A stretch of 55,694 nucleotides of DNA from Alphaproteobacteria bacterium. Lineage in GTDB: Bacteria; Pseudomonadota; Alphaproteobacteria; UBA6615. The notes under the pieces were generated by a model. It was not told the DNA's origin, did not search any database, and worked only from the letters and a program-made list of their open reading frames with translations. Of this stretch, positions 47,837-55,694 are shown piece by piece. The stretch is taken from assembly GCA_965261975.1 (NCBI GenBank), contig CBDHEC010000040.1, positions 1 to 55,694 on the forward strand, read 5' to 3'. The number at the start of each line of letters is the position of its first letter. Within the stretch, counting starts at the first letter, position 1. A program made the position numbers and the translations under genes.

Positions 47837-48330
47837 TATTCTTTCTCCCCTTCGCTCTCAGCAGCCGGCGCTTCTTCGGCCGGCGCTTCGGTTGCAGGTG
47901 CATCGGTTTCCGGTACGTCAGCCGCAGGTGCGGCCTCGGCCGTCGCTGCCTCTTCGGCCGGCTTGCTGTCGTCATCCTCTTCGTCGTCGCGTCGCGAGCC
48001 GCGTTCCTTGCGGCCCTGCATCATGATCGACGGGGCTTCTTCATGCTCTTCCACCCGCAGGGTGAGATAACGAAGAACGTCGTCATGGATGCGCTGCTGA
48101 CGCTCCAGCTCGAGAACGACGTCCGACGGGACATCGAGATTCATCATGACGTAATGGCCTTTGCGGTTCTTCTTGATCCGGTAGGCGAGGTTGCGAAGGC
48201 CCCATGATTCGGAGGCCACGACCTTGCCGCCACCGGATTCAACGACCCCGGTAAAGGTTTCGACCAATTGATCGACTTGCGTGCCGGAAATATCCTGACG
48301 CGCAATAAAGACGTGTTCGTAGAGTGGCAT
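47836..48330 (-). CDS. rpsF: 30S ribosomal protein S6
   Basis: [31 protein letters not shown]. Confidence 0.97.
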   Translation of the reverse strand: MPLYEHVFIARQDISGTQVDQLVETFTGVVESGGGKVVASESWGLRNLAYRIKKNRKGHYVMMNLDVPSDVVLELERQQRIHDDVLRYLTLRVEEHEEAPSIMMQGRKERGSRRDDEEDDDSKPAEEAATAEAAPAADVPETDAPATEAPAEEAPAAESEGEKE

Positions 48331-48609
48331 ATTCTGCGACTCCCCTTGGCTGTTAACTGGCCACCGACGATCGCCCCTTTCGGGCCGCGTCCGCATGGTC
48401 ATAGCCGGCCCGCAATGGCTGAACCGGCAAGGAGTTGACGCCGGATGTCTCCCGGCGCCGCTTGAGGCGCGGGAATACACCACAAGCACCGGGCCGGCGC
48501 AAGGAATACATCCACCTATCGTGCGGCCTTATGAACGGCCCGCGCCTTGCGGCTCAGCGGTGGCGGCGATATGAAGGTTGAGCATCACAGAATAAGGAAA
48601 GTTACAAAC

Positions 48610-49551
48610 ATGAACCGCGCATTCGTCTTTCCCGGACAGGGAAGCCAGGAAGTGGGTATGGGGCAGGGCCTGGCGGAGGCTTTTCCTGCCGCGCGGCTCG
48701 TTTTTGAGGAAGTCGATGACGCGCTTGAAACGAGGCTTAGCCGGATCATTTTCGAAGGCCCGCAAGACGAACTTACCCTGACCCAGAATGCACAGCCGGC
48801 GCTCATGGCCGTGAGCATGGCCGTTGTGCGTGTTCTCGAGGAAGAAGGCGGGATCAAGGTCTCGGAGGCGGCGTCATACGTTGCCGGGCACAGCCTGGGC
48901 GAGTATTCCGCGCTGGCGGCGTCCGGTGCGTTGAGCATCGCTGACACGGCGCGGTTGTTGCAGACCCGCGGTGAGGCCATGCAGGCCGCGGTGCCCGTTG
49001 GTGTCGGCGCCATGGCGGCGATCCTCGGGCCGAGCCTCGAAGACGTCGAGGCGATCGCTTCCGAAGCGGCCGAAGACCAGGTTTGTGACGTGGCCAACGA
49101 CAACTCGGAAGGACAGGTTGTTGTCAGCGGCAATACCGAGGCTGTTGAGCGCGCCGTGGAGATTGCCAAGGAACGCGGTGCCCGTCGCGCCATTCTGTTG
49201 CCGGTAAGTGCGCCGTTCCATTGCGCGTTGCTGGACCCGGCCGCGGATGTGATGACCTATGCGCTGGCCAGTGCGGAAATTTCCGTGCCGAGCCCGGCGG
49301 TGATCGCGAATGTCACGGCGGCCCCGGTCACCGACCCCGATGAAATTCGCAACCTCCTTATCGAGCAGGTAACCAGCCGCGTGCGCTGGCGCGAGGGTGT
49401 GCTGGCGATGCGCGATCTCGGGGTCGAGGAACTGTGCGAGCTCGGTGCCGGCAAGGTCTTGTCGGGCCTGACCCGGCGGATCGACCGGGACATGTCGAGC
49501 CGTGCGATTGGAACACCGGAAGATATCGAAGCCTTTATCGGCGCGCTTTAA
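48610..49551 (+). CDS. fabD: Malonyl-CoA:ACP transacylase
   Basis: FVFPGQGSQ, AGHSLGEY, VSAPFH. Confidence 0.97.
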   Translation: MNRAFVFPGQGSQEVGMGQGLAEAFPAARLVFEEVDDALETRLSRIIFEGPQDELTLTQNAQPALMAVSMAVVRVLEEEGGIKVSEAASYVAGHSLGEYSALAASGALSIADTARLLQTRGEAMQAAVPVGVGAMAAILGPSLEDVEAIASEAAEDQVCDVANDNSEGQVVVSGNTEAVERAVEIAKERGARRAILLPVSAPFHCALLDPAADVMTYALASAEISVPSPAVIANVTAAPVTDPDEIRNLLIEQVTSRVRWREGVLAMRDLGVEELCELGAGKVLSGLTRRIDRDMSSRAIGTPEDIEAFIGAL

Positions 49552-49560
49552 GGGGGCGAC

Positions 49561-50298
49561 ATGTTTGACCTGAATGACAAGACGGCACTCGTCACCGGCG
49601 CGACCGGCGGCATCGGCGACGCGATCGCCCGGACCCTGCATGCGCGCGGCGCGAATGTGGTGATTAGCGGCACCCGTGCCGAACGGCTGGAGGCCCTGGC
49701 GGCCGACCTGGGAGCGAACTGTCACATCGCGGCAGCGGATCTGTCGGACCCGGACGCACCGGATGCCTTGATCGCGGCGGCCACCGAGGTGGCTGGCGGG
49801 GTCGACATCCTGATCAACAATGCGGGTTTGACCCGTGACAACCTTGCCATGCGCATGAAGGACGAGGAGTGGCAGCAGGTCCTTGATGTCAATCTTTCGG
49901 CCGCGTTTCGTTTAAGTCGCGCGGTCTTGCGCTCAATGATGAAGGCTCGTTGGGGGCGGATCGTGACAATCACATCCGTGGTCGGCGCGACCGGTAATCC
50001 GGGTCAGGTAAATTATGCCGCGTCCAAAGCGGGACTGACCGGCATGACGAAAGCGTTGGCACAGGAAGTCGCCAGCCGGGGCATCACGGTCAATTGCATC
50101 GCGCCGGGCTTTATCGAAACGCCGATGACCGATGTCCTGTCCGATGATCAGAAATCGACATTGCTTGAGCGTATTCCAGCCGGGCGCCTTGGTTCGCCCG
50201 AAGATATTGCCGCCGGCGCTGCGTATTTGGCGAGCGACGAGGCGGGTTATCTCACCGGGCAGACGCTGCATGTCAACGGCGGCATGGCGATGCTCTGA
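49561..50298 (+). CDS. fabG: 3-oxoacyl-ACP reductase
   Basis: TGATGGIG, NNAGLTRD, NYAASKAG, VNGGMAM. Confidence 0.97.
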   Translation: MFDLNDKTALVTGATGGIGDAIARTLHARGANVVISGTRAERLEALAADLGANCHIAAADLSDPDAPDALIAAATEVAGGVDILINNAGLTRDNLAMRMKDEEWQQVLDVNLSAAFRLSRAVLRSMMKARWGRIVTITSVVGATGNPGQVNYAASKAGLTGMTKALAQEVASRGITVNCIAPGFIETPMTDVLSDDQKSTLLERIPAGRLGSPEDIAAGAAYLASDEAGYLTGQTLHVNGGMAML

Positions 50299-50530
50299 CC
50301 ACAAGAATGGGGGCTGTGGATCAGCGTGCGCTTGACGTTACGGGCGAACGCCGGTAAACGCCGCCACAGTGTTGCGTCGGCATTGTCGCCTATGGCGAGA
50401 CGTGCGGCGCTGTGATAGGGATGAACGGTTGATTTCGGGGGCACTCGGACGCCGAATCGTCTTAAATCAACCCCGTACCAAGGGTGTCGTAACCGGCACC
50501 AAGAAACCAAGGAAGCAAGGGCAGGCAGAC

Positions 50531-50767
50531 ATGAGCGATATCGCTGAGCGCGTGCAGAAAATTGTTGTCGAACACCTGGGTGTCGACGAGGGCAAAGTTT
50601 CCGAGGGCGCGAGCTTCATCGACGACCTCGGCGCCGACAGTCTCGACACCGTCGAGCTTGTGATGGCGTTCGAAGAAGAATTCGGATGTGAAATCCCCGA
50701 CGATGCCGCTGAGAAAATTCTCACGGTTGGGGACGCAGTCAAGTTCCTCGAATCCGCCTCCGGCTGA
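50531..50767 (+). CDS. acpP: Acyl carrier protein
   Basis: [21 protein letters not shown]. Confidence 0.98.
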   Translation: MSDIAERVQKIVVEHLGVDEGKVSEGASFIDDLGADSLDTVELVMAFEEEFGCEIPDDAAEKILTVGDAVKFLESASG

Positions 50768-50782
50768 ACCGAACGAACGGAC

Positions 50783-50812
50783 CCTGCGCATGCCGCGCAG
50801 GCTGTTCTTTTG
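50783..50812 (+). terminator. Putative intrinsic terminator after acpP
   Basis: CCTGCGC-ATGCC-GCGCAGG followed by CTGTTCTTTT. Confidence 0.45.
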
Positions 50813-50851
50813 TGAATTTCCACTGACCGTGCAACAGCACATCGGAATCCC

Positions 50852-52111
50852 ATGAGACGTGTCGTCGTAACTGGAATGGGTTTGGTCACGCCGTTAGGTG
50901 TAGGCCTCGACCACAATTGGCGCCGTCTCACAAACGGCGAATCCGGTGCTGTGGGAATCGAGAAGTTCGACGTCTCGGATTTGCCGGCCAAGATCGCTGC
51001 GCAGGTGCCGAGAGGCGACGGCTCGAACGGAACGTTCAACGCCGATGACTATGTTTCGGCCAAGGAACAGCGCCGGATCGATGAATTCATCGTCTACGGC
51101 GTTTCAGCCGCCGTAGAGGCGGTTGAGGATTCGGGCTGGAAACCCGACGATGTCGAGGATCAGGAGCGCACAGGCGTTATGATCGGGTCGGGCATCGGCG
51201 GTTTGCAGACGATCTATGAGGGTTCCACCCTTCTGAATGCCCAAAGTCCACGCAAGGTGGGGCCATTCTTCATCCCCTCGGCGCTGATCAATCTCGCTTC
51301 GGGCCAGGTGTCGATCCGTTACGGATTCAAAGGGCCGAACCATGCCGTCGTCACGGCCTGTTCGACCGGTGCCCATGCGATCGGGGACGCGGCGCGTCTG
51401 ATCATGTGGGACGATGCGGATGTCATGGTGGCGGGCGGTGCCGAGGCGGCGATATGTCGTATCGGGATCGCCGGATTTGCGGCATGTCGTGCGCTTTCTA
51501 CCGGCTACAACGACACACCCGAGGCGGCCTCCCGGCCCTACGACAAGGGGCGCGACGGGTTTGTGATGGGCGAAGGGGCCGGTGTGGTCGTGCTCGAGGA
51601 ATACGAGCATGCCAAGGCACGCGGCGCGAAGATATATGCCGAGATCATCGGATACGGCATGTCCGGCGATGCGCATCACATCACTGCACCTGCTGAAGAC
51701 GGCAATGGCGGCTTTCGGTCTATGCAGGCCGCGATCAAGCGGGCCAAGCTCAATCCCGACGACATCGATTATGTGAACGCCCATGGTACCTCGACCCCGC
51801 TGGGTGACGAGATTGAACTGGGGGCGGTGAAGCGCCTGTTTGGCGATCACGCTTATGAATTGGCCATGTCTTCGACCAAGTCGGCGATTGGCCATCTGCT
51901 CGGTGCGGCCGGTGCCGTCGAGGCGATCTACTCGATCATGGCGATCAACAACAACGCCGTGCCCCCGACGATCAATCTCGATGACCCCTCGGATGCATGC
52001 GATATCGATCTGGTGCCGCATGTAGCCAAGGAAAAACCGGTGCGAAACGTGTTGAGCAACTCCTTCGGGTTTGGCGGTACCAACGCGAGCCTGGTTTTCA
52101 CCGAAGTCTGA
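50852..52111 (+). CDS. fabF: Beta-ketoacyl-ACP synthase II
   Basis: VTACSTGAHAIG, NAHGTST, KSAIGHLLGAAG, SNSFGFGGTN. Confidence 0.97.
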   Translation: MRRVVVTGMGLVTPLGVGLDHNWRRLTNGESGAVGIEKFDVSDLPAKIAAQVPRGDGSNGTFNADDYVSAKEQRRIDEFIVYGVSAAVEAVEDSGWKPDDVEDQERTGVMIGSGIGGLQTIYEGSTLLNAQSPRKVGPFFIPSALINLASGQVSIRYGFKGPNHAVVTACSTGAHAIGDAARLIMWDDADVMVAGGAEAAICRIGIAGFAACRALSTGYNDTPEAASRPYDKGRDGFVMGEGAGVVVLEEYEHAKARGAKIYAEIIGYGMSGDAHHITAPAEDGNGGFRSMQAAIKRAKLNPDDIDYVNAHGTSTPLGDEIELGAVKRLFGDHAYELAMSSTKSAIGHLLGAAGAVEAIYSIMAINNNAVPPTINLDDPSDACDIDLVPHVAKEKPVRNVLSNSFGFGGTNASLVFTEV

Positions 52112-52166
52112 TACCGGCGACACCGATCCCTGCGAATCTCGCCAGCGCGTTTATCATGCCGGCGCG

Positions 52167-53249
52167 ATGAGCGACGAAACTCCACCCGAAACGCCCGCCG
52201 ATGGGCAAAACGCCGAACAGCCTGGCGCCGGACCCGCGCGTCGATCGCGCCGTGGTCTCGGGTGGCTGGTCTCGATCATTCTCTTCGTGCTGATTGCCGG
52301 TGCCACGTTGGCCGGCGGTGGCACGGTGATGCTGCACCGGGCCTATAGCGATCCCGGACCGCTGACGGACGATACATCTGTCGTCATACCGCGCGGCGCA
52401 TCGGGGCAAGCCATTGCCTCGACCCTTGTGAGTGCCGGTGTCGCGGCCGATACGCGCCTTTTTGCAATCGCCGTGCGATTTCTGGCGCCAGAACGGCCGT
52501 TGCGCGCGGGGGAGTATGCGTTTTCGGCCGGGGTCAGTCTTCGCGATGTGGTGGCGAAGCTGCAGGCGGGTGATACGGTGGTCCGGCGTGTGACGATTGC
52601 CGAAGGTCTGACGACCGGCGAAATCCTGGCAATAATCGAGAGTACGGGCGGGCTTTCGGGGCCGACGCCCGCACCATCGGCGCTCGGCGAGGGGGCGATG
52701 CTCCCGGAGACATATCATTTCAGTCTGGACGACACGCGCGCGGCACTGATCGCCCGCATGCGTGCGGCCAGGGATGCGGGCCTCGCGCGCCTCTGGGCGG
52801 CACGCAAGGACGGACTTCCCCTGGCTTCGCCCGCGGAGGCGCTTATTCTCGCCTCGATCGTGGAACGCGAAACAGCCGTTCCGGACGAACGCGCGCGGGT
52901 CGCGGGCGTATTTATCAATCGACTCAACAGGGGCATGCGCCTGCAGTCCGACCCGACGGTCGCGTATGGCCTGACCAAAGATGGGGCCCCGCTCGATCGG
53001 CCGCTACGACGCGCTGATCTGGCCGTGGATCATCCCTATAACACCTATGTCCACCGCGGCCTGCCGCCGGGGCCGATCGCCAATCCCGGGCTCGCGAGCA
53101 TCGAGGCGGTTCTCAATCCGGCCGAAACGAAAGATCTCTATTTTGTCGCCGACGGAACAGGTGGGCACGCCTTTGCGCGCACCTTGGCCGAGCATAACCG
53201 TAATGTGGCACGCTGGCGGCGGATACAGCGCGAGCAACGGGCGCGATAA
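52167..53249 (+). CDS. mltG: Endolytic transglycosylase MltG
   Basis: TM anchor, LASIVERET, NRLNRGMRLQSDPT, YNTY..GLPPGPIANPG. Confidence 0.95.
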   Translation: MSDETPPETPADGQNAEQPGAGPARRSRRGLGWLVSIILFVLIAGATLAGGGTVMLHRAYSDPGPLTDDTSVVIPRGASGQAIASTLVSAGVAADTRLFAIAVRFLAPERPLRAGEYAFSAGVSLRDVVAKLQAGDTVVRRVTIAEGLTTGEILAIIESTGGLSGPTPAPSALGEGAMLPETYHFSLDDTRAALIARMRAARDAGLARLWAARKDGLPLASPAEALILASIVERETAVPDERARVAGVFINRLNRGMRLQSDPTVAYGLTKDGAPLDRPLRRADLAVDHPYNTYVHRGLPPGPIANPGLASIEAVLNPAETKDLYFVADGTGGHAFARTLAEHNRNVARWRRIQREQRAR

Positions 53250-53279
53250 CAGCGGCTAGCCGGGGCGTGTCACGGCAGC

Positions 53280-54080
53280 TCAGATGTTCTGATCGGGTTG
53301 CGCCATGACCTGTTTCAGGACCCGCCAATAGCCGCCGACATCGGTGAAGCCGCCGTCGACGGCGATATCGTGGCCGGTGATGTAGCTCGAATCATCGCAA
53401 ACCAAGAACAGCACCACTTTGGCGATTTCCTCCGAGCTGGCTCCCCGTTCCATCGGTGTCTGCTTGGACAGCGCGTCCACGAAGTCGACGGATTTTTCCA
53501 CCAACGGCGTATGCACGAGTCCGGGATGGACGGCATTCACACGAATGCCCCAATCCACCAGTTCCATTGCCGCACTCTTCGTGATGCCGCGGATTCCCCA
53601 TTTGCTGGCGCTGTAAGCGGTCGCGAAATGCCCTGTCAGGCCGGCGATGGAGCCGGTGTTCACGATGGCACCGCCGCCGCTGTCGCGGATCAGGGGAGCC
53701 GCGGTACGAATGCCGAGAAACGGTCCCGTGAGATTGATCGACAAAAGGCGGTTCCAATCATCCAGATCGGTGTTGGTCACCGAACCGCCCCGCAGGGGAA
53801 TGCCCGCATTGTTGACCAGAATATTCAGTGCGCCGAGGTCCTTCGCGACGCCGTCGATCACAGAGACCCATTCGTCTTCGCTGGCCACGTCGAGGTGCTT
53901 GTAATGCGCCTCGCCGCCGTTGTCTCGGATGGCCTGGGCCTGGGCTTCGCCGGCATCGTCGGCGATATCGGTCAGGATGACCGTCGCACCGGCCTGCGCA
54001 AACAGGCTGGCTTCCGCGGCACCTTGTCCGCTGCTCGCGCCGGTTACCAGCGCCGTCTTTCCGGCCAGTTTCTGATCCAT
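53280..54080 (-). CDS. SDR oxidoreductase (hydroxysteroid dehydrogenase-like)
   Basis: TGASSGQG, NNAGI, YSASK, RVNAVHPG, VDGG. Confidence 0.88.
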   Translation of the reverse strand: MDQKLAGKTALVTGASSGQGAAEASLFAQAGATVILTDIADDAGEAQAQAIRDNGGEAHYKHLDVASEDEWVSVIDGVAKDLGALNILVNNAGIPLRGGSVTNTDLDDWNRLLSINLTGPFLGIRTAAPLIRDSGGGAIVNTGSIAGLTGHFATAYSASKWGIRGITKSAAMELVDWGIRVNAVHPGLVHTPLVEKSVDFVDALSKQTPMERGASSEEIAKVVLFLVCDDSSYITGHDIAVDGGFTDVGGYWRVLKQVMAQPDQNI

Positions 54081-54095
54081 AAGTTTATTCCCCGT

Positions 54096-54821
54096 TCAGA
54101 TGAGTGAGAGCATACGAACGCCCAGATAAAGTGGCAGCGGAAATGCGATGCGTGATTTCCCCGCGGCCAGTCCACGCATGATCCGCTGTGCGGCTTTCTC
54201 GGCCTCCATCAGCATCGGCATGTGAAAATTATTTGCGTCTGTCATCGGAGACCGCACAAAACCCGGGCAAATCACACTGATGCCCACCGCGCTCCTGCGA
54301 TGTGCACGCTGCAAACCTTCGCCATAATAGCGAACGGCGGCCTTGCTGGCGCAATAGGCTGGGGCTTCACCGAAGGCGCGGAAGCTGGCGAGGCTCGAAA
54401 CAATGGCGATTTGCCCCGCGTTACGCGCCAGCATGCGCGCCAGGACCGGTTCAACGGAATTGACCACCCCGTCGACATTGGTGGCGAAGATTTCCGCGTC
54501 GCTGGCATCGGGTGCGTTGCCCAGCTTGATCGTACCGCCCGAGATGCCCGCATTCGCGATGACCAGATCGAGTGCGCGTTCCGAATCGGCCGCCGCCAGC
54601 CATGTGGCCATGCCGTCCCGGTCCGTGACGTCTAGCTTGTATGTTTCGCACGTAGCGCCGTTGGCCCGGCAGGATTCGGCGATCGCGTTGAGGCGTGCGT
54701 CGTCGCGCCCACCGAGTGATAGCCGCCGTTTCGGGCCGGCGTAGGCGATGGCCAGGGCCGCGCCGATCCCGCTGGAGGCGCCGGTAATCAGAATATGACC
54801 GGGGTTATCGAATGGAGGCAC
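54096..54821 (-). CDS. SDR oxidoreductase
   Basis: TGASSGIG, ANAGI, YCASK, CPGFVRSPMT. Confidence 0.88.
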   Translation of the reverse strand: MPPFDNPGHILITGASSGIGAALAIAYAGPKRRLSLGGRDDARLNAIAESCRANGATCETYKLDVTDRDGMATWLAAADSERALDLVIANAGISGGTIKLGNAPDASDAEIFATNVDGVVNSVEPVLARMLARNAGQIAIVSSLASFRAFGEAPAYCASKAAVRYYGEGLQRAHRRSAVGISVICPGFVRSPMTDANNFHMPMLMEAEKAAQRIMRGLAAGKSRIAFPLPLYLGVRMLSLI

Positions 54822-54942
54822 CGGAGGTTCCGCGGTTGCGCGCCGGGTTGTTGGTGATCCGGCGCCAAGCTATAAGGCAAAGCATGATAGCAGCACTTCG
54901 TCCTGCCGCGTGGAGCGGCTTTAACGTGGCTTTCTCTGCGCC

Positions 54943-55694
54943 ATGACCCTCCAAAGCATGACCGGTTTTGCCCGCACAGCAGGGCAGGACGAACTCTTTG
55001 CATGGACCTGGGAAGGCCGCAGTGTGAACGCGCGCGGGCTGGATGTTCGTTGTCGCGTTCCGAACGGCTATGAAGCTGTCGAGCGGGCGATCCGCGCGTT
55101 GGCGGCGAAAAAGTTCCAGCGCGGCAATATCACCGTCGGGGTGTCTCTCGAACGGATCGATCAGGTAAGCACGCAGTATCAGATTAATCGCGATCTCCTC
55201 GATCAGGTTCAGGCGCTGCGCGCGGAACTGGGCGACGCGATCGCGGATACGCCGCCGACAGTTGAGGGGCTGCTTTCGATTCGAGGGATGCTCGAGCCGG
55301 TCGACACGTCGGAAGACGAGGATGAACGCGCGGCGCGCGAGACGGCGATGATCGCGTCGGGCGAGGAGATGCTATCGGCCTTGGAGAGCGCGCGGGCCGG
55401 CGAGGGGCAGCGCCTTGACGACATCATGTCGGGCCATCTGGACATCCTTGAGAGCCTGACGCGGGAGGCGGCTGACGCCGCGGCGACCCAACCCGAAGCG
55501 ATCCGCGAACGGCTCGCGGCACTCGTCGAGGAACTGTTGGGAGCCGAACCAAAGTTACCCGAAGAGCGATTGGCGCAAGAGGTGGCCGTGTTGGTGGGTA
55601 AGGCCGACATACGTGAAGAGCTCGACCGGCTCACCGTGCATGTCGCGGCCGTGCGGGAACTGCTGGACGAGGGCGTGGCCGTCGGGCGCCGGCT
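54943..55694 (+). CDS. yicC: YicC/YloC family endoribonuclease, 3' truncated
   Basis: MTLQSMTGFAR..WEGRSVNARGLD..ERLAQEVA..KADIREELDRL; runs off the window. Confidence 0.92.
   Translation, partial: MTLQSMTGFARTAGQDELFAWTWEGRSVNARGLDVRCRVPNGYEAVERAIRALAAKKFQRGNITVGVSLERIDQVSTQYQINRDLLDQVQALRAELGDAIADTPPTVEGLLSIRGMLEPVDTSEDEDERAARETAMIASGEEMLSALESARAGEGQRLDDIMSGHLDILESLTREAADAAATQPEAIRERLAALVEELLGAEPKLPEERLAQEVAVLVGKADIREELDRLTVHVAAVRELLDEGVAVGRR

Noticed and set aside
45845-48330. Long acidic tails on L9 and S6, and the poly-Gly N-terminus of S18
   Set aside because: Low-complexity extensions of these proteins are common in alphaproteobacteria.

Overview
Two-part window from a high-GC alphaproteobacterium (Rhodospirillales-like gene order). 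Positions 1-~12.05 kb are the right part of an integrated T7-like (Autographiviridae-type) prophage. It runs: end of a tail gene, a split BTLCP/LapG-like protease pair, terminase small and large subunits, a repeat-rich non-coding junction (probably the fused genome ends), about 11 small early genes, a repeat-rich control region, an XRE regulator with a partner gene, a tyrosine integrase, three accessory genes, and the 3' end of a tRNA-Gln(CUG) that marks the att site. The early region is built from a recurring RNA-structured spacer (GC hairpin with G-U pairs, short U tract plus GCGU, then a CAACGGAAGG ribosome-binding element). It also has three copies of a CAAC-N10-GTTR operator-like palindrome, two of which overlap sigma70-type -35 boxes. 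Its cargo looks like a host-takeover or anti-defence set: a radical-SAM-like Fe-S protein, a stand-alone methyltransferase-N/SymE-like domain, an ArfA-like peptide and an acidic Zn-ribbon protein. From 12.1 kb to the end is host chromosome: ppx, rlmE, guaB, rsmB-like, guaA, a patch of four frameshifted genes (probably sequence errors), a murQ/nagK/nagA/namZ recycling cluster, yfgM-bamB-der, purF-cvpA-radA-mlaFE-alr-dnaB, cfa, rplI-rpsR-rpsF, fabD-fabG-acpP-fabF-mltG, two SDRs and a partial yicC. All family calls come from motif recognition by eye; no database searches were run.
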